Shown one piece after another: positions 23,809-36,468 of a stretch of DNA of 64,000 nucleotides; the first letter of the stretch is position 1, and each line of letters opens with the position of its first letter. The notes below the pieces were generated by a model. It was not told where the DNA came from. It ran no database searches and saw only the letters and a list, made by a program, of their open reading frames with translations. Position numbers and translations under genes: made by a program. The stretch is from Squalus acanthias (taxonomy: Eukaryota), in contig CM059432.1 of NCBI GenBank assembly GCA_030390025.1, positions 58,468,001-58,532,000 of the forward strand, written 5' to 3'.

Positions 23809-24780
23809 TTAAAGGGTCAATAGCAGCAGGAGGAAGCAGGCAATGTAAGCAGCCAGATTGAAGAAAATAATGGCAAATTTTAGTGAGCTGTACCTGCATG
23901 TATTCATAATGGAGATACAGAGCAGGTTGAATTGTCTGTTTGGGGTCATGGGCCAGAGACCTGCTGAAAATCCATTACGCAATTTTTGGAGAGCGATTTT
24001 GGTGGCAGTGAATACCTCCTCATTGAACTCTAAGGGGGATGAATTGGGTTGGCTTGAGCCTCTCGTTAGCGTCCCCGGGGGGCACTAATGGGGCGCAAAT
24101 CCCCTAGGACCTGGGCGCAGCACCGCTAACGCCTCCTGCAAAATTCAGCGGGAGGTTAGTGGCGGTGGTAGCCGGTAGCGGCCCGCGGCGCTACTCCGCC
24201 ACCGATGACGTCATTGCCGAGCAACACAACCCCTTAGCACCCCGCCACGGCCCCTTACTGCCCCGCGGCAGAAATTCGGCTGCACCCCGCGAAGCTGCCG
24301 TGGGCGATGTCAGCGACAGCCTCGTGGGTCACGAACTGGGCTGACCTCCGCTCGCGAGGCTGTAATTAAAGGGGAAGCCCGGCTGCATCCCGCACCGCCA
24401 TTTTATTGTTTTGGCCGACCTCCAGGTCAGCCCCTCATGGCCTGCAGAATGCGCAGCGTCCCTCCCCTTTAACGGAAGGGGAGGGGCGATGAAATGCGTC
24501 AGCGCTACGCGGAGCAGTTGCATAGTGCTCCAGCACTACCAAGCTTTGTGCCCCAGACACCACCCAGAGAGGAAGTGGAGAGCCCGAGATAGCACTCCGC
24601 TTCCTTGCTGGGGCGGTAAGCCCAATTTAACGGCCAGGGCAGTCCTCCCCTGCTGGGCGCTAAATGGCTGGCGCTAATTCGGTTACCGCCCCCAAACGGG
24701 GCGTAACTGAATTTCTCCCCCTAGGACTCTTTTGCCATGCAGGAAGAAGATTGATGGTCTCAGCACAGCAGACAAGGTAA
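23809..24780 (+). pseudogene. Decayed Harbinger Myb/SANT exon 1 interrupted by a MITE
   Basis: Removing 24034-24721 restores ANFSELYL...FWRAILVAVNTSSLNSRTLLPCRKK...K|GTAAGC. Confidence 0.7.
24034..24721 (+). mobile_element. Harbinger-type MITE, GC-rich family
   Basis: TIR GGGGGATGAATT/AATTTCTCCCCC; TAA/TAG TSD; subterminal CGTTAGCG...CTAATGGGGCG shared with 45596 and 51053. Confidence 0.88.
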
Positions 24781-25660
24781 GCTACCTGCTCCCCTGACCC
24801 TTCCTTATAATCGCTCCATATGTGTGGCATTCCTTCATTCATTACCCTCACTGTGTCAGTTGAGTTAGAGGTGAAAGTTGGATCTGACATTAGAGCGTGG
24901 AAGATCCGCAGAAGTCCAACCCCGGCTCCCGATCCTGCAGACTCAGACCTCTGGGGTCCTGCTACAAACAGAGGTTGCTGGATGTGCATCAGACTCGCAT
25001 AGAGTTACTGAAGATCATATCAGAGGAACTGAGACAGATAGTGGGGGTAACAGTGAGGTTCAATGCCATCTCAGTATCAATATCTGAGAAGCATTCAACA
25101 CAATGCAGCGCTACCTGTAATGGGCGATGGCACCAAAAACATCTGCGTCCATCCCAGGTGATTAAGAGGGCTCCAAAACAGTTAGTGCATTCAAAGTGGA
25201 TGCTTTGACCATTGGCCTTGAGGCTTTGTGTGACCATTTAGAGAATGATGGAAAGCAAATTCTGAGAGCTTCGGAGTGACATCTCTCAGGGTCTGCAAGA
25301 TCTAACCAATACCATCAGATTTGCCTTTCCACTGATAAGTAGGAACACTGATCCTAGGCCCAGCAAAAATGGAGTGGTGCATGCTCATGTAGATGTCAGG
25401 ATAATAGACCAGGCTGCCTATGCACCTGCAGGGACAACATAGCCTGTTGAAACGTCCTCCCAGGATTCAGAAGCCCTGAGGCATGAGTCACCTCATTCCG
25501 AAGAGGCTCATGATGAAACAGCACTATATAGGAACGCCCATAGTGAACCACATAGTAAGGGCTCCATGACAGAAATGTTGGAAGAAAAAGCCTTCCCTGC
25601 CTGAAACTGCTGAAATGCAGCTTGCAGAATCCGTTCTTAGCAGCACATCTGAAAATAGTT

Positions 25661-25822
25661 GGGGGTAATTTTCACTTTCAGCCGTGGGAAAAATACTGGT
25701 CAGTGTGGATCGGCTGCCCGTTACACACTCTGTCTGGAAAGGAACATTGTGCAGGGTATCTTATGGGCGACCGATCCGCAATCGTCAGTTTGCTGCCCGC
25801 ACCGGAAGTGAAAATTACCCCC
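25661..25822. mobile_element. 162-bp MITE with Harbinger-like ends
   Basis: Perfect 17-bp TIR GGGGGTAATTTTCACTT/AAGTGAAAATTACCCCC; no clean TSD (GTT/GAC). Confidence 0.75.
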
Positions 25823-26092
25823 GACTTTTCTAATTGCTTCAGTCAAAGTTGATGTTTTAGACAAAGTTTGTGGCCATTCAAAGCCTGAGAACTTTACCAA
25901 TTCCTGGTGCAGTGGTGCCCAATACCAACACCCCCACCCCATCTTGAAAGAGTCCCCCCTCCTCTGAGCTAAAATAGCCCCCCACTAGCCCACCAATGTC
26001 TATAGGACTAAATTAACATAAAACAGTCATTATGCTAAGCTTTTATATTACTAGAAGTAGCAAAAGCAGATTAAAAAGACAATAGATGTTGA

Positions 26093-27966
26093 TCAGCAAA
26101 TCAGCAGGTTCTTTCTCATTGGACTTGTCAATGCAGAACTTGATATAATGTCATTGTTTGTAACTGATCCTAAAATATCACTTTCACAGGATTTGATAGC
26201 CATGTATCTGACGTGATCAACATTACCTTGTTTTTTATAATAGCGATATGGCTGATGGTGCGTTCTACAACAACACTCATTACTGCAATCAAACACAAAA
26301 TTGAACACAGAGCTAATAAGTTTGGAGATCCTGAAAGTTGACTGACAGGCCTGAGTAGTTTGATAAACCCATAACCAATCCATCTTGAGAATGAAATATC
26401 AATTTCTGTTTCTTCTGTATCATCCTCCTGTTCTTGGTCTGTTTTTGACATTTTGATGGTAAGATCTTCAATTTAGATACTTGTGTGAGTTACAGCATAC
26501 ATTTCTTTGAAGGTGGATAGCTCCTGAACGACCAGAGAAGAGGTGATGTTGTAATATTCACACAGCTTACAGACATCAGGCTCCAACAGTGTCTCTTTAT
26601 TTTGTAGCAGATTGTTTGAGGCTACGAAGCCCATTTCTCTGAATATAGACAGAGAATGATCAGAAAAGCGATCATTTAGTTGCGTTTATAAGCAGGTCGA
26701 TTGATAGAAAATGCACTTCAATTTTTAGTCCCCGACATTCATTGGTGATCGGTGTATCAACACCAAGCTCATTGAAAAATCACTTTTGTTTTCTGCTTCT
26801 CGTTGAAGCCGGAACTTCAATGTCGTGTTTGTGTGTAAAATCGTGGATTTCTGCTTCTACAACTCTCCAGGACCCTTGAAGGTTTTGAAGCTGCTCGCTA
26901 TTACTGATGAGACCAGAAACAACCCAATAATCAACATTGTTCCATGTTAGCAAATCATGACTGGAGATAACAGTGTGGATAGCTTTTTGCAGATGATTAT
27001 CGCTGCGATTAGTTCCGTCTCTGAGAGACATTTTTTCAAGCTATTAGTGCCTTTAACTGTTTCAGGGTTCACTCTTTTCTCTTCTGCAAGAACATCGAAG
27101 TGTCACAATGAGTTCCTCCAATGCTGCAGAATCATTGTTAGTGCATGCGCTTTGCTGCTCCAACTTGTTTGGACTCACTTTAGTCATCTGCTTGCGTTTG
27201 GCTTGCTTAAGCTTTCGGTTAATTTGTGATGCCATTCTTGACCAGACATATAACTGTTCTAGAACATCAAAAAGATCTTTGAGAAGTGGACAGACTTCAA
27301 TACGACTGAAGCAAAGCGATGCGAAGAACATCAGACGTACAGAGATGTCTTGAATTCTGACAACATCAAAGATTTCAGACTCTTGTACTTGCCCTGCATG
27401 TTTCCTGAACTATCCATGCCATGTCCAATGAGGTTATTCAGGTCAATTGCATGATGCTGCATAGTTTTCCTGACTTCTTCATTTATATTCTCGCCACTTG
27501 TGTCACCACAAGTCAATGCTTCAATTAAACGTTCCACAGGCTTAACAACTTGTTGATTGAATGAATCAATGTAACGAATAATCAAAGTTACTATCTCTTA
27601 CTGACATCTTGGCTGGAATCCAAAATCATTGAAAACCTGCCATTCTTTTTTACAACGGTGACTATTTTAAAGGACACTAATTTGCTCATACATTTGATCA
27701 ATGCAAATACGTTCCTATAGGTTAAAAAAACGGAGTCATGTTTCTTCTTCTCCAAATCTGCTTTATCAGTTGTATTCATATATGACTGAGCTGCCAGGCT
27801 GTGTTTTGAAAAAGCTCAGAATAAACATGGTAACTTGCCGTTTAATTTCTGATTTCTTATGAAAGTTATTACTTCTCTGCTCAAATATTGGCAGCAATCG
27901 ATTAACACAGAAAAAAACCTGAATAGTGTTTTCTGTCTTGAATTGGCCATGATTACTTTGCAACAT
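26093..27966 (-). pseudogene. Decayed hAT-superfamily transposase (ZMYM1/DUF4371-like)
   Basis: Colinear fragments FSMILDSSQDVSKR, IIRYID...PVERL, IGHGMDSSGNMQGKYKSLK; many stops and frameshifts; termini not established. Confidence 0.75.
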
Positions 27967-28189
27967 TTTGTGCCTTGCACACTGGCTCGAAACTAAACCA
28001 GCAAAGCCAGGTGAAGCCCAGCAGGCTTGCCCCGGCTTGGCACAGGACTGTTTTAACGCTATCGGGACTCAGCCGCTAATGGCGGATGCATTGCACGGGC
28101 TGCTGCAATGTTTGAACAATGTTCGATTACTGGGTTTACCTCACGTTTACTTAAATATCCGACAACTGTGCATTTGATCTGTGTGCATT

Positions 28190-28830
28190 AGCAGGGCCCC
28201 CCATGATGGGCAGGAAAGGGGGGGGGGGGGATGGTTAAATCAGCAAATCTGCGAAACCTGACTCCAACCTGCTGCGAACGCGCCTACTTCCATTTTAACC
28301 TCGGTGGGTTTCGAGGTGTCCAACTAACCCGCTCTGGGGGAGGGGGGTTCTGTAATTATAATATTTAAATGAGCCTTTGTTTCTGACATTTTGGCATTGA
28401 TTTGAATTGAACACCTCCTTCACGGGTATCCTAGAGCTCTGGAAACCTGGCAGGTAAAGGGAAGCGGGAGCAGCCAGGTCCAGCAGTTAAGTGCTTTTTA
28501 TAGCACTGCTTGTGGGCCAAGGAAAGCAAGCTTATTCCCCCGCTGGCCCCTCAAACAAATCTTCTGTCACAATCGGCTGACCAACTCCCCACCCCCGCAA
28601 TCTTACCTGGTCCCCACCCCTCCCTCCTGATTCCAGTCTGACGACCCCCCTTACTAACCCGGTGCAGCCCTCCCTCCCAATTGCAGATCCAATATCCCCC
28701 ACCAACCCACAATGTTTCCCGGGAAATGGAATTAAAAAAATAATGAGGTCCTCTGCATTCCCGACATTTCCAGGTTTACCCCGCAAACATGCTCCCCCTC
28801 TACCTCTCCGCCTCCTTGTAAATATCTGGT
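28190..28830. mobile_element. Degraded non-autonomous Harbinger-like element
   Basis: Subterminal similarity to 46633-47640 (CCAACC...ACTT.C.TTTTAAC...GGG) and a C-rich interior; ends unclear. Confidence 0.4.
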
Positions 28831-28956
28831 CCAATGATGTTGATCTCTCACTGAGCCACTGATGTTGACTGCAATACAAAACTTGAATGGAAAAGCTGAG
28901 AAGCAAAGTAGAGAGAAACGATGAAAGATAGCTGACGGTATGCTGAAAGGCATAAC

Positions 28957-31486
28957 GGGGGAAAAAATTGGGCTGGTTTGTGCCTCTCGTTAGCGCCCCC
29001 GGTGGCGGGTCGGGTGGGAAAGTTGTTAATTTTGACAGCGGGTCCCGAGCCGCTGTCATCCCGCCCCACGTGCCTTTCCCCAGGCGTGTCTGTCATCGTG
29101 GAGCCAACCGAACCGGCAGCGGCGGGCGACCCAATTGAGGTGATTAACAGCTAGTTGTCAGACCCTTAACAGGTTTTTTTAACTTACTTTTTAAATTTAA
29201 TTGCATGGCCATGGTAACCAAGCTGCTCTGGAAGCACGTCTGTCAACCTGAGGCGGGAGTTCAGTGGCCATTGCTCCAGCTGATTGGCTGACAGCATCAA
29301 ATGTACAGTAAAAGCTCCCACCTGTCAGATGATCACTTTCCTCAGGCAGAAGCTGTTGCTCAGTCCATTTCCAGCACAGATTCTGCAGGCTGCAAGTCTT
29401 TCCAGCAAAGTCTCCATCCAGTTTCACCTCATTGGAAGAACTCTCTCACCACTGACAGATCGCTTCTGTCATCTGTACTTCACCTGCCATCTATTCCATC
29501 AACAGGGGTGCCGTTTATACTGTCTGACCTTGGTCCTCAGAATTGGACCACAATGAGCCCCAACGCCAGCAGCACCAACAACAACAACACCAACCTTCTC
29601 CGCAATCACCTGATGCTGCACAGGACACAGAACATCAGCACCCGAGCACATTGCTGCCCAGGAGACCAGGGATGGCCTCATCACGGACAGATTTACTTCA
29701 CTTTACACTGTACACCCACATGGCTGCCACATGATGCGCCAGGTTGGCACCATCCCACACAATGACCAAGCCATTCCTTTCACGCTCATCACTATTGCGG
29801 GGAGGGGGGGGGAGTGGGGGCGGTACCGTTATGTCTCACCATTCACTGCAACTCACTAAGCCACTTCCAAAGGTGCACACAAATCTGTCCAAGAATGGAA
29901 AGTGTTGAAAATAAAGATTTCAATGTTTGACACCACATTAATAGAAACTTTGCATAAACATTGCACAAAACACCCAAGTGCCTACCCTTGTGTGTTGTTA
30001 GTTGGTATGATTGCACTAGGCTGAGGGTGAGTGTGAGGGGTGGTTAGTCAGATGGGGATGTGATAATGTAGATAGAGAGAGAGGGATGGGTGGAGGTGCA
30101 AGGTAAGTTGGTGTGAGTAAGGATATGCAGGAGTAGGGTAGGGAAGGCAGAGTGATGGGAATGTGATGAGAGGCACAGCAGGATGAGGTTGAGTGTTGCT
30201 TTATACTAACATTTCCTGATTTATTGGCCCAGAAATTAAACACTGAGCGTTCCTGCGGGGGTAAGGCTTCCCCGCGATATCTCACTGCGCGCCTACCTTT
30301 TCCCTCCGGGCCCACACGAACTTTAGTTTCAAGGCTGCAGCTGTGCAGTGCTTGCGTGACCCACAGACGCAGTTAGTTCGTGCGAGCTCTGGGATCACGT
30401 GATTCAGTTAGAGCCAATGGCAGCACACCATCTTTCATTCATAGTTTTGACAGGAGAACTGTCAAAGCTATGAATACAACTTACCCCCAAAAGAACAGCT
30501 AAACCTCAATTAAATTTTTTTTAAAACCATCACATTAATAAAATAAGTATAGTTAAATAAATTAACCACTTTAAACAAAAATTTTAATTTTTGAAAAAAT
30601 TTAAAATCTTTTTAAAAGTTATAAAAATAAACTTACCTTTCTTTAAAGTCTCTAAAAAAGATAAACCTGTTGAAAAAATTTAAAATAATACTTAATTAAC
30701 TACTTACCTTGTTAAAAGAGGGTCTTACGCCTCCTTTCTTTATGTGTAAAATCTTCCATGCTTACCTGCGCGTTCAAAGCACTAAGTGCACTGCGTGCGC
30801 GCAGCCTGTAGCGCGCACGCGGTTCACTTAGGAACCGCCCCCTTTTGAGTTCACGAAGTGCCGGTTTCCCGCGCATGCGCAGTGCATGCTGGAAACCGGC
30901 AATTGGAGACCTAAAACGCGAGAGTACACAGTGCGTACTCTCGCGTATTAGGTCTAATTTTCGGGCCAATGAGATAATTGAAACGTTTGCAGCACTGCGC
31001 CCAGGTCCTCCTGACAACAGCCCTGCTTGTGACCTCCTCTGCAATCTGTAACCAGGCTGTCTTGGTCTCCTGGGGTGGTCTCTTCCACCCATCGGAAGGG
31101 GAGAGGCCCTCCCTGCGTGCTCTGACTCACTTCATAAGCATATGGACGGAGTCATTGGAGAACCTGGGTGTAGCCCTCTGCCTCTGTGCAGTGATTGTCA
31201 GTGTTTGCAGCACTCCAATGCTGTAGTGCACTGACAGCACTATGTTAGATTAAACGTCAAACCTAATGTGGCCATGGTCCCTTTAAAGATCCCGGCTGAA
31301 AACGTGTCATGAATGACATCACCAGACCCACTTCATTTAATTGGGCCGGGTAACGCACTGGGCGGGCTTAATAGGCCCTACTAACGTAAGTTCGTTTTCA
31401 GCAGCGGGATGGAGCCAGCAGCGGGGTCGCAACCTGCCACAGACACCGCCCACACCGGACCCGCCCAGGTAGGCAAAGTTCCGGCC
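28957..31486. mobile_element. Internally deleted Harbinger derivative (transposase 5' remnant ~29510-29670; Myb exon 1 remnant on minus strand) containing a MITE
   Basis: Left GGGGGAAAAAATT, right AAAGTTCCGGCC; poly-Q...PDAAQ remnant like element C; QCCKRFNYL...K|GTTAGT. Confidence 0.7.
30226..30967 (-). mobile_element. Harbinger-type MITE, AT-core family, copy 2 (inverted)
   Basis: TIR GGCCCAGAAATT/AATTTTCGGGCC; ATT/AAT TSD; reverse-complement homolog of 14033-14794. Confidence 0.9.
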
Positions 31487-31559
31487 TTTGTACATATTCA
31501 TGGACTACTGTAAGTAGTGATACTGGTTGCATTAAATATATCTAACAACAGCATTTTTC

Positions 31560-31700
31560 TTAGAATTACAATGCAGTAACAGGCCATTTGACCCAAACAT
31601 TCCGTGTTTATCCTTCACATGAGCAGCGGTCCTAATCACATGCCCTGTTCCCATATCCCTTTGTTCCCCTTTCTTTCAACCACCTATCTAATCTAACTTT
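31560..31700 (-). mobile_element. Old CR1 3' tail fragment
   Basis: CAGGCCATTTGACCC...CCCATATCCC resembles the reverse complement of CR1 3' UTRs. Confidence 0.45.
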
Positions 31701-32689
31701 ATGCCTTAATCCCATCAGTGCTTACTTTTGAAAAGGGATATATCATTACAGAGACCATAGTTTGAAGAGCCAACCACTGCATTAATCAGAGACATCATGA
31801 AAAACCTTTGGAGATGTCATGGATCTAGGAGTCGGAGCAAGCTCTGAAAACAAATGCTGGCAAGCTGAAATTAATCCTTCAGCAACAGTCATCACCATCA
31901 TCTGCTCCTCTAAGAAAACAAGTAAGTCAAAGGTGTGTCAGTCTTCTCACTGGCAATCAGCTCTTTGTACAGACTCTGTAAATATTCATAATAATATACA
32001 GCACCTGTTTACAACTTTAAAATAAAGAAGACTACTGCTGGAAAAATAAACAGAATATGTAGGCTGAAGCCATCTGTGTAGATGACAGAGTTTATTATGT
32101 GAGAGCTGAGATAATTAAAGTAGAATTCATTTTCCAGCCTAGAGGTATATAAAATAAATGTTGACAGTATAGAGGCAGCTGCGGACCTAGAGATCTCTTT
32201 GAAGGCCCCTGAGCACTAGCTGCATATACTACCACATGAAAAATCAATAGCAGTTTTGCTTTCCATGTGACACTACACTGACAGTTCCCTTATCTTAGCT
32301 TAATCTTAAGTCGGGTTAAATGCGTCACTACTCTGACATATGCAACAATTGATCTAAGTTTACTATATTCATATTTCTCCATTGACAGTCCTATTCTGTT
32401 CAATAAACAACACCATCCATCTTAATTATATTCCATTCCTTTGCAATAAAACGTGTGGTGTGCCCAGCATTTTATTGTGTTATTTTGGGAGTGTGAGAGT
32501 TTGTTAATATATCTGAATAATTCTCTGCATAATATTAAATTACTGAAAGATGGAAATATATAATAATGAATATACTCATTCACAATTTCCTTTTAGAGAA
32601 GTTTATTAGTAGCACTCTAATACAGATTCACTGTAATCGATTGAATTGTCTCTTATTCCCATACATAGATTTATCCTTGATTAATTTTC

Positions 32690-34120
32690 TTTTTATTCGT
32701 TGACGGATGTGGGCGTCGCTGGCAAGGCTGGCATTTATTGCCCATCCCTAATTGCCCTCAAGAAAGTGGTGGTGAGCCGCCTTCTTCAACTGCTGCAGTC
32801 CGTGAGTGGCTGAGTGGCTTGCTGGGCTATTTCAGAGCTAATTGTCAACCACATTGCTGTGGGTCTTTTATTTATTCATTCCTGGGATCTGAGCGTCGCT
32901 GGCAATGCCAGCATTTATTGCCCATCCCTAATTGCCCTGAGAAGGTGGTGGTGAGCCGGCTTCTTGAACCGCTGCAGTCTGTGTGGTGAAGGTACTCCCA
33001 CAGTGCTGTTAGGGAGGGAGTTCCAGGATTTTGACCCAGCGACGATGAAGGAACAGCGATATACTTCCAAGTCAGGATGGTTTGTAACTTGGGAGGGAAC
33101 TTGGAGGTGATGGTGTTCCTATGTGCCTGCTGCCCTTGTCCTTCTAGGTAGTAGAGGTCGTGGGTTTGGGAGGTGCTGTCGAAGAAGTCTTGGCGAGTTG
33201 CTAAAGTGCATTTTGCAGATGGTACACACTGCAGCCATGGTGCGTCGGTGGTGGAGGGAGTGAATGTTTAAGGTGATGGATGGGGTGCCGATCAAGCGGG
33301 CTGCTTTGTCCTGGATGGTGTCGAGCTCCTTGAGTGTTGTTGGAGCTGCAAGTGGAGAGTATTCCATCACACTCCTTACTTGTGCCTTGTAGATGGTGGA
33401 AATGCTTTGGGGAGTCAGGAGGTGAGACACTCGCCGCAGAATACCCAGCCTCTGACCTGCTCTTGTGGCCACAGTATTTATATGGCTGGTCCAGTTAAGT
33501 TTCTGGTCAATGGTAACCCCCCAGGATGTTGATGGTAGGGGATTCGGCGATGGTAATGCTGATGAATGTCAAGGGGAGGTGGTTAGACTCTCACTTGTTG
33601 GAGATAGTCGTTGCCTGGCACTTGTGTGGTGCGAAAGTTACTTGCCACTTATCAGCCCAAGCCTGAATGTTGTCCAGGTCTTGCTGCATGCAGGCATGGA
33701 TTGCTTCATTATCTGGGGAGTTGCGAATGAAACTGAACACTGTGCAGTCATTAGCGAACATCCCCACTTCTGACCTTATGATGGAGGGAAGGTCATTGAT
33801 GAAGCAGCTGAAGATGGTTGGGCCTAGGACACTGTCCTGAGGAACTCCTGCAGCGATGTCCTGGGGCTGAGATGGTTGATCTCCAACAACCACAACCATC
33901 TGGAGTCACATGTAGGCCAGACTGGTTAAGGATGGCAGATTTCCTTCCCTGAAGGACATTAGTGAACCAGAGGGGTTTTTCTGACAATCCGGTAGTTTCA
34001 TGGTCACCATTACTGATACTAACTTTTTTTAAATTCCAGATTTGAACTCACGTCTCCAGATAATTACTCCAGGTCTCTGGAATACCAGTCCAATAACATA
34101 ACCACTATGCTACCGTTCCC
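32690..34120 (-). mobile_element. tRNA-derived SINE (MER131/Meta-SINE-like core) split by a LINE insertion
   Basis: Head GGGAACGGTAGCATAGTGG (A box) ... GAGTTCAAATC (B box); core GGTTCACTAATGTCCTTCAGGGAAGGAAATCTGCC...GTGACTCCAGA|CCCACAGCAATGTGGTTGAC; tail 32690-32800 shared with the LINE. Family name recalled, not searched. Confidence 0.75.
32866..33898 (-). mobile_element. 5'-truncated CR1-group LINE, distinct from the HER1-like family
   Basis: GVPQDSVLGP, MFAND, ATRAGQRLGILRR...KAQVRSVMEY; 3' UTR GGGATGGGCAATAAATGCTGG. Confidence 0.88.
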
Positions 34121-34421
34121 GGCATCTAGTCACATGGTCGAAAAATGTCAGGGCCTATAATTCTGACAAACAACCATGGTGTCTGTCCAGCATAATTATG
34201 AATTGAAATGTTCTGAATTTATTTTGCTATGAAAATGGACCAAAATTAAAGAGGCTTCCTGAGAAGATGGGCCTGACCAGGATAACTGCATGCATGGATT
34301 TTATTGTTTGTTATTTTCCCTGATAATAATGTTAATAGTAATTGTGTTTTGTAATACCACAGACTTTTTGAAAATGGGCTTCTCCAATGCTCATTGACTT
34401 AGTGATTATCAACACCTCAAA

Positions 34422-35050
34422 GCATCCTTTGCAATGCATCCTCTGAAGGCAAGACAGTAATCAAGGGAATGTAGTTCTTTGGTTGCATTACACAGCTGCG
34501 GGCAACCTTGTTACTCTTCTGTTTCTAACTTTCTTTAGGGTAGGTTCCAAAAGACAATAATAACTCAAAAAGTATTTTCTGCTCCTGACTCAGCCAGGAG
34601 CTACTGAGTTGAAAGTCATTAACACAGGATCAAAGAACTGCGAGTCTGTAAGTAGGACAAGAAAATAGATACATTGTTAAGGGATTTATATCTATCACAT
34701 TAATGAAGACATTTCTATGTTAACCTTTTTTTAAGTTAATGACCAGTCTTTTCCTCTGCCTTTAAACGATTGGCAATCCCTTACCATCATGACAAGGCTG
34801 GTTTAAAGCATGACCTCCATTTTAAATTGTCGACAGCAGCTGAGGCCTCGAGAGTAACCTCAATCAGGGCAGACAGACAACATATTGTCAAATACCAAGG
34901 AAGTGTAACCTGAATTTTGAGTGAAGTAGATTATTGAGTCACAGTGATCTGTATAGCTGCAGATTACTCTTTCGACTGTCTGAAGATATATTTCAATGAG
35001 AAAGGATCCGTAAGTTTGGAGAATCAAGTCACCTTTCCTAAAGCCCCACA
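34422..35050 (+). repeat. Duplicated segment, copy 2, left part
   Basis: Paralog of 14878-14915 plus 16273-16783; has an extra 73 bp (34526-34598). Confidence 0.9.
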
Positions 35051-35052
35051 AC

Positions 35053-36468
35053 AGATAAAATTCGGTATCGCCCCGGTTGGGGCGCTAACTTTTGAGAAGT
35101 TGGAAGTTCAACGCCAGGCGCTAATCAATCTCGCTGCCCGCTAAATTCAGTCTCAGCGCTCAAAGAATGCAGGGGAGTGCTAAATCAGGCGCTGATGGCA
35201 TAAGTGAGTGGTGTTAGGCTCCAATGATATCATTGACCAGAAACTTAACTGGACCAGCCACATAAATACTGTGGCAACAAGAGCAGGTCAGAGGCTAGGT
35301 ATTCTGTGGCGAGTGTCTCACCTCCTGACTCCCCAAAGCCTTTCCACCAACTACAAGGCACTAATCAGGAGTGTGATGGAATACTCTCCACTTGCCTGGA
35401 TGAGTGCAGCTCCAACAACACTCAAGAAGCTCGACACCACCCAAGACAATGCGCCCGCTTGATTAGCACCCCATCCACCACCTTAAACATTCACTCCCTC
35501 CACCACTGGCGTACCATGGCTGCACTGTGTACCATCTACAAGATGTACTACAGCAACTTGCCAAGGCTTCTTTGGCAGCACCTCCCAAATATGAGACCTT
35601 TACCACCTAGAAGGACAAGGGCAGCAGACGCATGGGAACACCACCACCTCCAAGTTCCCCTCCAAGTCACACACCATCCTGACTTGGAATTATATCGTGT
35701 TCCTTCATCGTCGCTGGGTCAAAATCCTGGAACTCCCTCCCTAACAGCACTGTGGGAGTACCTTCACCACACAGACTGCAGTGGTTCAAGAAGGCGACTC
35801 ACCACCACCTTCTCAAGGGCAACTGGGATGGGTAATAAATGCTGGCCTTGCCAGTGACGTCCACATCCCATGAACGAATATTAAAAAAATACCGAATATC
35901 AAGTGTTGTGTAATCGGGAGTGAGCATTGGCGAAGGTGCCTTGCAGCCATTAAAGGGGAAGGTCACTGGAGTCTGCACACCAGCCCCCAATGATTCGGGG
36001 AGAGTAGAACGGCGATATGTTGAGGGATGAAATCAAAGTCCTTTGACGACCCGCAACACTCCGGGGACTAAGCAGCCTTTATTTGGCTGCAGATACATCC
36101 TGCGCTCTCTGCCACTCATCTCTGACCTTTGGAACAGAAGTTCCTTGACAGCTGGGGTGCATCCCTTTAAGTAGCGCCCCGCCAGCCGGCTGGTTCACAC
36201 CTCCGCTCCCTGACGCTGTCGGCGCGAGGCGGTAAGGCGGGGGGGGCGCTACTGAAGTTTGCAGATCGGGCTCCCAGCAAGCTCGCTGACGTCATGATCT
36301 GCATGGTGAAATGTGCTGAGGCACTAACTGTTATCGTTGGCGCTACAGGGCCGGTGAATTTGCCAAGCGGCGTGGGATTTGCCCCGCCACGGCACTACTG
36401 CCTGAACGCCCCATTCGCGCCCCCACCAGGTGCTAACTGGGGGCGCTATCATGACAAATTTCTCCCCC
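35053..36468 (-). mobile_element. GC-rich Harbinger-type MITE (left terminal G-run lost) containing a LINE fragment
   Basis: Left AAAATTCGGTATCGCCCC matches the reverse complement of the 46484 end; right AAATTTCTCCCCC followed by TTA. Confidence 0.8.
35226..35889 (+). mobile_element. 3' fragment of the same LINE family as 32866-33898
   Basis: IDQKLNWTSHINTVATRAGQRLGIL; same 3' UTR; A-rich tail. Confidence 0.88.

Noticed and set aside
25910..28050. hAT termini CAGTGGTG... / ...CAGGACTG
   Set aside because: Weak TIR match and no 8-bp TSD, so boundaries are not claimed
34040..34120. tRNA gene
   Set aside because: The A and B boxes belong to a SINE head; no cloverleaf
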